Source: Octopus vulgaris (lineage: Eukaryota). Taken from it: 64,000 nt of DNA. The position numbers and the translations under genes are program-made. The stretch lies in assembly GCA_951406725.2 (NCBI GenBank), contig OX597826.1:25234001-25298000 (forward strand), given 5' to 3'. Under the pieces are notes generated by a model, which saw only the letters and a program-made list of their open reading frames with translations, was not told where the DNA came from and did no database searches. Shown piece by piece: positions 40,632 to 53,616 of the stretch. Each line of letters begins with the position of its first letter. Position 1 is the first letter of the stretch.

Positions 40632-41105
40632 GGTTGTACTTCTACAATGCACAAAATTTAATAATTATTTTTATACAATTCCTAATAATATTTAATTACA
40701 AAAATAGTTTTTTTTTTTCTTCATTTAAAAGTAGCCAGAGCAATTTAACTACAGCAATAACAACATCAACAACAACCATTGCTATGCATACACACACACA
40801 TTACATTCTCTTTCTCTCTCTTTTTTACATGTTATCTTATTGTAATAGTCATTTCGAAACGAAACACCTAACTTGGCTCACTACCAAGTGTTTTGTCAAC
40901 AACTGTAACTAATGACAATAATAATAACAACAACAACAACAATAATAATAATAATGGTTTCAAATTTTGGCTTAAGGCCAGCGATTTTGGTGGGGATAGG
41001 GTAAGTTGACTACATTGACCCTAAAAGAGTGAAAGGCAAAGTTGGCCTTGACGTGGAAGGATGAAATGGTGCTATGCATTTTGCCTGATGTACCAGCTCA
41101 CTGTT

Positions 41106-41162
<57 letters not shown>

Positions 41163-41174
41163 GTAATAATAATA

Positions 41175-41709
41175 AGTGACTCTCATGGCTTCTGAGCTTA
41201 ACTGATTGGAAGTGTTATCATGTACATTGTTTTGTCTTGGTATAAAAGATGGGCTACAACAAATATTCTGCTCAATACCAAAGATTTGCCTGTCAGTTGC
41301 TTGACCTTAACCAGCTGAGCATGTCCCTTAGTGGCTGATGATATGTGCGTCTCTGATCCCGAGCAGAAGTAGTGAGGGAGTATCATAGCCATGTGTTGAA
41401 AGGAATTCTTGGAGGTTTGGATAATTCACTTTTGGAAACATGGGTGGTTCGTTCAACATCCTTAAACAACCCTTATTCAGGGACCTTTTGAGTGGGATGG
41501 GCTACTCGACCAGAAGAAAATTCTAACTGGGCCCTACCTGCAAGGTCATGTGCTGTTTATCTTGATATGAGATCACCATGTTGTGCACATTTAGTTGTGA
41601 TGCATGTGCCTGGTGTACCCTTATCCGACGGGTAGTCATGATGGGTAAACTGGGCTTCGTATATTTGTACCCCAGAATCACTTTGATGGCATGCACTGCT
41701 CTCTTACTC

Positions 41710-41712
<3 letters not shown>
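41175..41712. mobile_element. Family F repeat, second copy, embedded in (AAT)n
   Basis: Homologous to 37209-37755; (AAT)n on both sides. Confidence 0.8.
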
Positions 41713-41759
<47 letters not shown>

Positions 41760-43197
41760 CAACAATAGTAATAGTAATAATAGTAAGAACAAGAATAGCA
41801 ATGGTGGTAGTAGTAGTAGAAATTGATGATGATGATGATGATGAACACAATAAGAAGCAACATAAGAGAAATATGGAAAACAATGGTAACAATAAGAATA
41901 AAAGATAGAAAAAGGGTATTTCTTTTTTTAAAAAAAAAGCATATTAATGGGAAAAAAGAAAGAGCCAAAACGAGCGAAAGTAACAATGAAAATATATCAA
42001 TGGAAAGAACAACAACAACAATAACAAGAAGAAGAACAACAACAACAGAATCTGCACTTATAAATAGAACGAAAGAAAAGAATCCTAAGTCAACAACAAC
42101 AACAACGACAATGATAACAAACCGCATTACGATGAAAACAAAGTTAATAATATTAGCAACAACATCAACAATGGCAAAATTAATAATTACCTTAAACAAT
42201 AGTGGGGTTGGGATGGGGTGGGGAAGAAATATATAAAAAGGAACCAATTCTGGGTGGGGGTGGGGAGGAGTTGAGACAAGAAAATAATAGAAATGATAAC
42301 AACAATAACAACAACAGTCACACTAGCAACAACAACAATGCTTTCAAATTTTGGCACAAGGCCAGCAAGTTTGGGGTAGAGGCTAAGTTGATTATATTGA
42401 TTCCCAGTGTTCAACTGGTACTTATTTTATCGACCCTAAAAGGATGAAAGGTGGAGGTGCAATGGCCCAGTGGTTAGGGCAGCAGACTCGCGGTCGAAGG
42501 ATCATGGTTTTGATTCCCAAGCCGGGCGCTGTGTGTGTTTATTGAGCAAAAACACCTAAAGCTCCACGAGGCTCGGGCAGGGGGTGGTGACAACCCCTGT
42601 TGTACTCTTTCGCCCAAACTTTCTCTCATTCTTTCTTCCTGTTTCTCGAGTAACACTGTGATGGACTGGCGTCCCGTCCAGCTGGGGGGAACATATACAC
42701 CATAGAAACCGGGCCCATGAGCCTATCTAGACTTGAAAAGGGCGAAGAAAAGAAAAAGAAAGGATGAAAGACAAAGTGGCCTTGGTGGAATTTGAACTCA
42801 GAATGTTACTGATGGATGAAATGCTGCTAAGCATTTTGTCTTGTGTGCTAATGAGTCTAGCAGCTCACCACCTTAGCAACAACAATACCGATTTCAAATT
42901 TTGGCACAAGGCCAGCAATTTGGGGGGAGGAGGTAAGTTGATTACATTGACCCCAGTGCTCAACTGGTACTTATTTTACTGACCCCGAAAGGATGAAAGG
43001 TAAAGTCAACCTTGGTGGGATTTGAACTCAGAACATGAAGGTGGACAAAATGCTGCAAAGCATTTTGCCTGGCGTGCTAGCGATCATGCCAGCTCCCTGC
43101 CTTTACAACAACAACAATAATAATGATGATGACTACTCCCATCAATTCTGATGTATGAGTGTTTAAATAAAAATAAAAAATAATAACAAACACTTAC

Positions 43198-43269
43198 TTT
43201 GTCTCCAGATTTAATAGTCCTCTGAGGAATTTTGGCGATTGTCTTTTTAGCAGCATTTGCAAGACGTTT
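43198..43269 (-). CDS. RNF150: Next coding exon (juxtamembrane linker before the RING-H2 domain) of the same Goliath/RNF130/RNF150-family gene
   Basis: Acceptor ttcttccttccag| and donor AAA|gtaagt; 72 nt, phase 0-0. Encodes KRLANAAKKTIAKIPQRTIKSGDK, equivalent to the vertebrate RRLGDAAKKAISKL..RT.KKGDK exon, and joins in frame to the 51240 donor across a 7970-bp intron. Confidence 0.93.
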
Positions 43270-44118
43270 CTGGAAGGAAGAACAATTGGAAGTGTTTAGA
43301 TAGAAATGGTGACTGGTTTTTTTTATAGTACAACCTATATTATATAAAGAGAAGATAGTGTTAGCATAGTATAAGCATAGAACATTGATGGTAGCATGTG
43401 ATGAATATTCCTGTGGGAATGTGATGAAAAATTAGGGGTTGGGGAGAAAAGAGGAAAAAAGGAAAGAACATTGACAAATAACAACAGATGATTGTGATTA
43501 CAGGTTTCAATGATAAGACTCTACCAAAATATAACCAGAATGGATGCTGCTCATGAAATTAAAATGGTTCACCTTTGATTCTTTCATATAAGACCCATCT
43601 TCCATTGTAATTTTATGCAAGAATCTTTTGTTAACTCAGTCTTCTGTACAACACACAAATGCACAAAGGGGTATTGGTCAGCTAAATTTGAAACATCTGA
43701 TATCACAAGAGCTGTACTAACCTTGTTAACATTCATTTTGATCTTTCCCCTCTATAATTTATTCTGTTCTGTAATGGAATCATTACAGGACTGGACTTTT
43801 GGCTTAGAAAATTTTCCAAGAGGTTTTTAAGAAATAATATATATTTCTAATACTAGTTTAAAGTTTAATAGCATAAAATTTAGCACATGTATGCCTGTGT
43901 ATATTTTAGCGACAACGCCATGTTGCATTGGGAGGTAGCACCTTAATGACATTCTTGGGGAGCTGCTGATCACAGGTGAGGTCTTCCACAGAAATGACAT
44001 AATTGACATGTATGTATAAATGTACGTATATCTGTATATATGTATGCCTGTTCTGCATGTGTGTGTGCAAACATGCATGTATATATGTATGTATGTATGT
44101 TTTGTATGTAAGTATGTA

Positions 44119-44505
44119 TACTCTTTTACTTGTTTCAGTCATTTGACTGTAGCCATGCTGGAGCACCACCTTTAGTCAAACAAATCAACCCCAGGACTTA
44201 TTCTTTGTAAGCCTAGTACTTATTCTATCAGTCTCTTTTGCCGAACCGCTAAGTTACAGCATCGGTTGTCAAATGATATTGGGTAGACAAACACAGACAC
44301 AGAAACATACACACACACACATATATATACATACATATATACGACAGGCTTCTTTCAGTTTCCGTCTACCAAATCCACTCACAAGGCTTTGGTCAGCCCG
44401 AGGTTATAGTAGAAGACATTTGCCCAAGGTGCCATGCAGTGGGACTGAACCCGGAACTATGTGGTTCGTAAGCAAGCTACTTACCACACAGCCACTCCTA
44501 CGCCT
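44119..44505 (-). mobile_element. SINE family A
   Basis: Complete copy with a small internal deletion. Confidence 0.87.
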
Positions 44506-45879
44506 ATGTATGTATGCATGTATGTACATATATGATTGTGTATGTATGTTCTAAATGAAGGACCACAGTTTTGCATTTCAGTAGCTGAAATTTTGTAAAA
44601 TGTCACAGCTACTTCTTTTCAAGCTGAAGGTCATAAACTATGTGGTAACATTTTCTGAATCTTTTAAATTTCTTTTTACCTCTAGGCAGAAAAACCAAGA
44701 ATATTGTATACCCAGAAGCATTGTAATAGAAATTACAAATAGAAAAATAATTAATTCACAATTAGAATAATAATGTGAATTAGAGTAGTACTTCAAAAAA
44801 AAAAAAAGCATGTTTAATTGGAAAATAAAAGCATATAAGAGTAAAATTATATTTTATATTTAACATTAGATTTTCCTTTTTTTTGCTTTTCTCACATTAT
44901 TATGAAGTTGAACTTGACTCATCATTTGTAACAATTCTGAGAGAATCAATATTTCCAAAGCATGTGAAGAATGTTATCAGCATCTTTCTAAAACAATTTA
45001 TCCAAAACTTCAGTGAATTCCAATGATTATGTTTATTTTAGGTATTAAACTTTTTGCTACCAACCTGCATGAGATCACCCCCTTGTTCTAAGATACAAAC
45101 TTCCTGTTTTAAATTGATCTAAATTAAAACTTTCCAATCACAATTCCATCACAATTTCATATTAATTTATGTTCCAAATGCCAGCTTAATAATGACAAAA
45201 GCTATTTTATTAAAATCATAATTTTCAAAATTAACTGAAACAAAGGCAGTGTTTTTCAATAAAAATATGGTAACAAAAGGTTAATAATATCAAATTTATT
45301 TTAACAAATTCTTCATCATTTTCGAAATAAACTGACACAAAGACAGAGAATTTCAATAGAAATATGGAAACAAAAGCATCTCTAAACCAAGGCAAGATTA
45401 AATATGATAACTAGTAAACCAATACATGGCTAAATTATTTCACTCAATATCTCCAAATTTCTTCACTATTCTGAATATTATAACCTGAAATACAGAGTAA
45501 TTCTTTAGGAATAGAGCCACAAAAACATCAGCTTCTTCATGACTAAATTTCTCTAATAAAAATAGACTGCTTATGTATCTTAACTAATTATTAAATGATC
45601 AAGAAATAGGTGAGGTTTAGGAAAACAAATTTTTTATTTTATTAATAGGCACAAGTATGGCTCTGTGGTAAGAAGTTTGCGTCCCAATCACATGGTTCCA
45701 GATTCAGTCCCACTGCATGGCACCACGGACAGATGTGTTCTACTATAACCTCGGGACAACCAAAGCCCTTATGAGTGGATTTGGTAGATGCCAACTGAAA
45801 GAAGCCTTTCATACACATACGTATGTACATATATGTCTCTCTTTCTCACTATATATATATATCGTTAGACACTACACAC

Positions 45880-46225
45880 ATTTTTTTCTCTCCTTGTTTC
45901 TTTCTATCTTCCTTTCTGTGGAAGAGCGTAGGCTTGAAACGTTAAAGACTTTTTCAATTCCCGAGCGTTATACTAATATATCTGTTTGTTTTCTACACCA
46001 CCTGTCTTCGTCTTTTGTTTTTTTTGTGAATTCTCTCCCTATATATATATATATATAGCTGAAAATTACAGAAAAACAAAAGATGAAGACAGGTGGTGTA
46101 GAAAACAAACAGATGTATTAGTTTGATGCTTGGGAAAGTGAGAAAGTCTTTTACGTTCTGATCCTAGGCTCTTCAACAGAAAGGAATATGAAGAAATAAA
46201 CAGTGAGAGAATAAAAAGAAAGAGA
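45880..46225. mobile_element. Inverted pair of Penelope-like terminal repeats around a (TA)n spacer
   Basis: 45880-46040 and 46061-46225 are reverse complements (e.g. gtttgttttctacaccacctgtcttc / gaagacaggtggtgtagaaaacaaac). Each carries a hammerhead-like motif. A single related copy lies at 28790-28945. Confidence 0.65.
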
Positions 46226-49200
46226 ATATATATATATATGAAAGTGTGTGGCCTAGTGATAAGGTAGTGTGCACTCACAATCGCTAGATTGTGGGTTCAA
46301 TTCCCTGATTGGGTGTTGTGTCGTATTCTTGAGCAAATCAATTTGTTCCACATTGCTCCCGTTCCCTTTCAATCAGTTGTAAAATAAATGTCACACGACT
46401 GTCATATTCATATCTGGTTATGGGGGAAATATTTCCTTACTTGGATACAAGTGAAGGTAGGTGACAGGAAAGGCATCTGTCTGTAGAAAATCTGCCTCAT
46501 CAAATTCCATCTGAGCCATGCAAGCATGGAAGCCTTGTGAGTGGATTTGGTAGACAGAAACTGAAAGAATCCCATCTTATATATATATATGTGTGTATAT
46601 ATATTTATGTGTGTCTGAACTCACCCCTCAATCGCTTGACAACTAATGTTGGTGTGTTTATGTCCCCATAACTAAGCAGTTTGGCAAAAGAGGCTGATAG
46701 AATAAGTACTAGGCTTACAAAGTGTAAGTCCTGGGGTTGTTTCTTCGACTAAAACCCTTTAAGGTGGTGCTCCAGCATGGCACAGTCAAATGACTGAAAC
46801 GTGTAAAAGAATAAAACAATGATGATGATAACGATGGTTTGGTTAGAACAAGGCAGCGAGCTGGCAGAAACATTGGCAAGCCGGGCAAAATGCTTAGTGG
46901 TATTTCGTCTGCCATTACATTCTGAGTTCAAATTCCGCCGAGGTTGACTTTGCCTTTCATCCTTTCAGGGTTGATAAATTAAGTACCAGTTACACACTGG
47001 AGTCAATGTAATCGACTTAATCCCTTTGTCCTTGTTTGTCCCCTCTATGTTTAGCCCCTTGTGGACAATAAAGAAATAAGAATAAGTGTTTTACAGAAAA
47101 GAAACTATTATGGAATTTTTCATTCCTGAAATTTCAGTTTAATATATGTGTAATACAATGATTTAGTTTGATGTTTCAATTTCGAGACCAATATTCTGAT
47201 ACCAGCAGATTTTGAATATCTCAAATGATGAGATGATCTCTGTCAGAATGCTTTCGGTTGTAGGACGGTTGATCAGGGTTGAACATCAACAAAGACCGAT
47301 CAATACTGACAGTGCTGTATTATTATTCAACCAGAGGTTTCATTTGATCAGGCTTTAGTGAAATGACATAAAAAAAAAATACCACTTTCTTGGCCTTTTC
47401 CACACTCCACCTCCTCCACAACACCACTAATGCCATCAATGCCAACGCTACTGCTGTCAACGATACCTATTTCTTTACTACCCACAAGGGGCTAAACACA
47501 GAGGGGACAAACATGGACAAATGGATTAAATCGATTACATCGACCCCAGTGCATAACTGGTACTTAATTTATCGACCCTGAAAGGATGAAAGGCAAAGTC
47601 GACCTCAACGGAATTTGAACTCAGAATGTAACGGCAGATGAAATACGGCTACGCATTTCGCCCGGCATGCTAACATTTCTGCCAGCTCGCCGCCCTTTGA
47701 CTGCTGTCAATGACACCACCGGCAGAAGGAACCCCCTAGCCAATGTGGAAGTGTCTATGATGTTTGATTTGCTAGAAATAGCAACCAGGTCACTGTCGAT
47801 ATCACACCGCATCACTGTCTTAAAAAGAGAGAACTCATTAGCAAATGTAGACCTAGATATCTTTTGAAAATTATGAGATGGTCAGAGTTGGAATGTCTTC
47901 AGTCACAAGACTGCTCGACAATCAGAGTTGAACGTAAACAACAGCAAGCAACACCAAATGCACAATGTCATTGTTCAGTCAACTATATACAATAGGTTTC
48001 ATTCTATCGGGTTTTACGGGAGCAACATAACAAATCTACCGACCGCACCACTTATTCTCAACCACCCTCACCAGATTATTCTCAATTGCTATTCGAGAAT
48101 TATAATGCATAACAAATAATAAACAAAACAAAATCAGAACAATGCTTTTGTAATCAATTTGTAATTATTACAGGTGACCAGTCAAACTGGTTTCAACAGA
48201 TGTTAATCGATAACTGATGAGGGAAACAGGGATAATGGAATCCCTGATGATAAAAGATGAGAGGAAACAATAGATTCCCTGATGATGAAAGATAAGAGGC
48301 GACAATGGAGCCCCTGATGATGATGGAGGAGGGCATGAAATTTGGTCAAACCTATTATTATTATTATTATTATTAATAATACAGTTATTGGAATTATTTT
48401 GGCTTCTACTTTGAAAAGAAACAGTGCAATGCAACATAGTTACTATAACAGCTGTAATTTTTTTTTTAATGTAGATAATGTTATTATAATGTTTTTCTTT
48501 GTGGCATATATTTGGCATAGCTAACTGGCCATCAAAGTAAGGAGGTACAGGTGTAGATGATAGAAGGAGGGGATCAAACACAATTGACTATACTAGTCGT
48601 TAAAGCTTCACACCCAGGTAAGATATGATAATAAAAGTAATAACAACATCAATAATAGTGATGATGATGATGATAATTATGGTGGTGTTGGTGATGATGA
48701 CTTCTAAATTTGGCACAAAGCTGCAAATTTTGTTGGTAAAGGCAACAAGTATAAAGGTGTAACTGATTTTTCATTGACTGGCTCCTCTCCTTCATCCATT
48801 GCTGCTCACTTTGCAAGTACTTCGATTGGTGCATATTTTAATTAACTGCAGTAATATGAAGACACAAAATAACCCCAACCCTCCCACTCCACCCATTTGC
48901 GTCAGCGATCTCAACTTGAGGCCAAAATGTCAAGAAACATTATATACCACAAAATATGTTATCTTACATCACAACCTTTTCCTGTAATTATCTTAGCAGC
49001 GATGACGACAACAACAACATCATCATCATCATTGTTTAACGTCCACTTTCCATACTAGCATGGGTTGGGCAATTTGACTGAGAACTGGCGAACCAGATGG
49101 CTGCACCAGGCTCCAATCTGATCTGGCAGAGTTTCTACAGCTGGATGTCCTTCCTAACGCCAACCACTCCAAGAGTGTAGTGGGTGCTTTTATGTGCCAC

Positions 49201-49399
49201 TGGCACGACGGCTAGTCAGGCAGTACTGGCAACAGCCACGCTCAAATGGAGTTTTTTACGTGCCACCTGCACAGGAGTCAGTCCAGCGGCACTGGCAATG
49301 ATCTCGTTCAAATGTTTTTTCATGTGCCACCGGCACAAGTGCCAATGAGGCGACGCTGGTAACAATCATACTCGAATGGTGCTTTTTACATGCCACCAG

Positions 49400-49403
49400 C
49401 ACA

Positions 49404-49461
<58 letters not shown>

Positions 49462-49856
49462 CCTTTCTACTAAAGGCACAAAGCTTGAAATGTGGGGGTA
49501 AGGTGGGGGTAAAGGATAAAAGGCGAAGCTGACCTCAGTGGAATTTGAACTCAGAACATAGTGGAAGATGAAATACCGCTAAGCATTTTGCCCGGTTTTC
49601 GGATGATTAACCCAGCTTGCTACCTTAATAATAATAATGGTTTCAAATTTTGGTACAAGGCCAGCAAGGGGGTAAATTGATCACATTGACTCCAGTGTTC
49701 AACTGGTACTTATTTTATTCACTCCGAAAGGATCAAAGGCAAAGTTGACCTCAGCAGAATTTGAACTCAGAATATAAAGAGGGACAAAATGCTGCTAAGC
49801 ATTTTGTACAGTGTGCTAACAACTCTGCCAGCTCACTGGCTTTAATATTAATGATG

Positions 49857-49906
<50 letters not shown>

Positions 49907-50661
49907 TATAATTATAATAATATAACTATCATAAGTTGTGGCAATAAGATGAGGTAGTGAAAATGCTACATTGGAAACTATGCGAAAAGTGGAATCTGGA
50001 GAAAGGCAAGATGTGGTATGAGCCCTCAGAGAGTGGCAGATTTGAAGACATGCAAAATCCTGTGGGGTTTTCCAATCCAAACAGATCAAGTGCTAGAGCA
50101 TAAAAAGCTGCACCTAGTGGTGGTAGACAAGGTGAACTACATGTGCTATGTAATTGATGTGGTGTGCCCCTTTGACCCATGAATAGTCAAGAAAGAAGGC
50201 AGAAAAATAGACATATACAATCTTTTTAAGTATGAAACAGCCTGGCTATGAAAAATGAAGAAGGTGAAGATCAGAATAGAGTGCCCAGTAGATCTGTTAC
50301 AATTGATTTGCTTCTTTGGTATGGCCAGAATATTCTGGAAAGTATTAGTTGAAAAGAACAGATAACATGGTACGGTAGGCTGCAGGTAACCAGCTTATTA
50401 TGCATGCAAAAGGAGTTAAAAGGAATAGTAATAACAATAACCCTTTCTACTAAAGGCACAAGGCCTGAAATTTTTTGGGGGGGGGGGCAAGTTGATTACA
50501 TTGACCCCAGTGCATAACTGGTACTTATTTCATTGACCCTGAAAAGATGAAAGGCAAAGTTGACCTTGGCAGAATTTGAACTCAGAATGTAGTGATAGAT
50601 GAAATACTGCAAAGCATTTCATTCAGTGTGCTAACGATTCTGCCAGTTTGCCACCTTGACG

Positions 50662-50729
<68 letters not shown>

Positions 50730-50971
50730 TATTATTATTATTATTATTATTATTATTTCTACTCTAGGCATAAGGCCTTGAAAATTTTGTGGGGAAGGGA
50801 GTCTAGTTGATAACATCGTCCCCAGTGCATAATTGGTACTTATTTCATCGACCCGGAAAGCATGAAAGACAAAGTTGACTTTGGCAGAATTTGAACTCAG
50901 AACGAAGTGGCAGATGAAATACTGCTAAGCATTTCACCCAGCATGCTAACGATTCTGCCAGCTCACAACCC

Positions 50972-51022
<51 letters not shown>
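49400..51022 (-). repeat. Array of (AAT)n tracts interleaved with at least four same-orientation SINE B copies
   Basis: SINE B at about 49460-49626, 49638-49842, 50440-50658 and 50755-50972, each bounded by AAT repeats. Confidence 0.85.
49940..50270 (+). mobile_element. Degenerate RLE endonuclease region of an R4/Dong-like non-LTR element
   Basis: DEVVKMLHWKLCEKWNLEKGKMWYEP...KILWGFPIQTDQVLEH...LVVVDKVNYMCYVIDVVCPFD, corresponding to the RHD and PD..D motifs of RLE elements. Confidence 0.75.
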
Positions 51023-51023
<1 letters not shown>

Positions 51024-51239
51024 CCCTTTACTAGTTTCAGTCACTGGATTGTGGTCATGCTGGAGCACTACCAATAATAATAAAGTATATTTAGCTTTGT
51101 ATATTTGTGTACTAAGATTGATTTGTTAGACTAAATCCTCCAATGTGTTGCCCCAACATGGCTGCTGTCCAATGATTGAAACAAGTAAAAGAAGAAAAAA
51201 TGAAATAAAGACAACAAAGTCCGCATGAGTCACACTTAC

Positions 51240-51487
51240 CGTGAGTCTTTCCTTGGCATGAGCATAGCGAAAACGTTGGATGTAGTAGAAGATTAGCCAC
51301 GTAAGGGAGATAATCATCAGAACTATGAATGATATGGATACGAACAATATGGATGTACGGCTGATGTTGAGGGTGGATGGTGGCTGTAGGCGTGAAATGT
51401 GCATCTGTACCTTGGTCCCATTGTCGAGAAGGGTTGCAATCTTGTCCCCATCTTTTCTGCTTATAAGTACTGTCACTTTGGTGCCAA
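51240..51487 (-). CDS. RNF150: Internal coding exon (end of PA domain plus transmembrane helix) of a Goliath/RNF130/RNF150-family PA-TM-RING E3 ubiquitin ligase
   Basis: Acceptor tgtttctgtctttcag| and donor ACG|gtaagt; 248 nt, phase 1 to phase 0. Encodes GTKVTVLISRKDGDKIATLLDNGTKVQMHISRLQPPSTLNISRTSILFVSISFIVLMIISLTWLIFYYIQRFRYAHAKERLT, matching the family motif FVSISFIVLMIISxxWLIFYxIQ. The exact paralogue (RNF130/RNF150/goliath) cannot be resolved. Confidence 0.93.
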
Positions 51488-53616
51488 CTGAAAGACAGAA
51501 ACAATGGAATAATTAAGAAATGATTTGGGATATTTTAATCTCTCAAAGTCATATGTATGTTTATGGAAGGGTAGAAATGGTCAGCTGGATACCCACTACC
51601 CTCAGGGTAGCTAGCAGAACTGGTAGAGCATCAGACAAAATGTTTAGTGGTATTTCGCCCAGCTCTTTATGCCCTGAGTTCTACTGTCCCTGTGGTTGAC
51701 TTAACCATTCATCCTTTGGGGGAAGGGGAGACTAAGATTAAATAGCAGTCAAGTACTGGAACTGACGAAATAAACTTGCCCCACCCCTCAAAATTGTTAA
51801 CCTTGAACCCTGCGATGAACTGACATCCCATTCAGGGTGAATATTGTGATCTCAAGTCACCTATAAGCCATGAAAAATGGGTAACGGGCCTTATGAGTCC
51901 TGGGATTAGAAGAAAAAAAAAATACCCAAAAACTACCTCCAGGTATTTGACTGGTACTTTACTAAACCTGTAAAAAGATGAAAAGTAACAAACTGGGTGG
52001 GATTTGAACATAAAACATGAAAGAAATAAGGCATGGCTGTGTGGTAAGAAGTTTGTTTCCCAAGCTCAGACCCATTGCATGGCACCTTGGCCAAGTGTCT
52101 TCTACTGCAGCCTTGGGCTGACCAAAGCTTTGTGATGGAAAGAAGCCAGTCGTATATATGTATGTGTGTGTATGTGTCTCTGTAACTTAGTAGTTCAGCA
52201 AAAGAGACCGATGGAGTAATTAACAGGTTAAAAAAAATAAGTATTGTTCAGCTAAAATTTTTCAAGGTGATGTTCCAGCGTGGCTGCAGTCTACTGACTG
52301 AAACAAGACAAAAGATAAAGGATAAATATTGGCAAAAGAAATTTCAGAGGAGGGGGAGGGTAAGTCGATGACATCAACCCCAGTGTTCAGCTGGTACTTA
52401 CTTTATTGACCCCAAAATGATGAAAAGCAAAGTCAACCCTGGCAGAATTTGAACTCAGAACGTAAAAAACAGATGAAATGTCACTAAGCATTCTGCCCAG
52501 CTCACTGCCTCATAGAAGATAAATATTCTTTTCTACTCTAGGCACAAGGCCCGAAATTTGGAGAGGGGGGTCAGTTGATTAGATCAATCCCAATAGGCAA
52601 CTGGTACTTAATATATCGAACCGCAAAAGGATGGAAGGCAAAGTCAACCTCGGCGGAATTTGAACTCAGAACGTCAAGACAGATGAAGTACCGCTATGCA
52701 TTTCTCCTGGCATGCTAATGATTCTGCCAGCTTGCTGCCTTATAGAAGATATTGTTGTGCATTTTTTTTTATTTCCCATCAATCCAGCAAGCCAATGGTG
52801 AAGACAAGCAGCCCACTGGTTTGGGTGTTTTACTCATAACCTTAAAGTTGTGGTTTTGACTGAAAGCCTATCTTATATGTGTGTTGAGTGTTTATGTCCC
52901 TGTAATGTAGTGGTTCAGCAAAAGAGACTGATGAAGTAAGTAGCAGCTTATGAAAAAAAGGGTACTGGGGTTGAACTGTTCAACTAAAATTCTTCAAGGT
53001 GGTATGTTGTGTTCTTGAGCAAAACTCCTAATTTCATGTTGCTCCACTCAGCTGCAAATGAGTTCCAACGATAGGTGGGAAGTAAACCCTGCAAAGGACT
53101 GGTATCCCACCTATTGGGTGTTGTAATCTTAGTTATATATACACCATGGAAACCAGGTTAAACTTTGGCCCAATGAATCAGGATCATGACAAATCTCAGT
53201 CGAAGTCAACTAACCAATAAAAAAAAAGAGAAGAAATCGAAACTGGGAAAGTGAGATGGATAGACAGATCGGTCATTGGAGAACTATTATAAAAACCACA
53301 AAAATATCCAGAAAAAAAATCCTTTCAACTATAGGCACAAGGACTGAAATTTGGAGGGAGGGGGGCAGTTGATTAGATTGAATCCAGTATGCAACTGGTA
53401 CCTAATTTATCAACCCGAAAAGGATGAAAGGGAAAGTTGACCACGGCGGAATTTGAACTCAGAATGTAACAACGAGCGAAATACCGCTAAGTATTTTGTC
53501 CAGTGTGCTAACAATTCTGCCAGCTCACCACCTTTATAAAAAAGAAAAAATAATAATGTAAAATTAATACAAATAGCTTCTAAATATGAGTAAAACCAAA
53601 TAAAATGTTTTCTATC

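Noticed and set aside
41708-42247. Overlapping 179-aa hydrophobic and 137-aa ORFs on opposite strands
   Set aside because: Degenerate (AAC)n/(AAT)n low-complexity sequence with no splice signals or homology.
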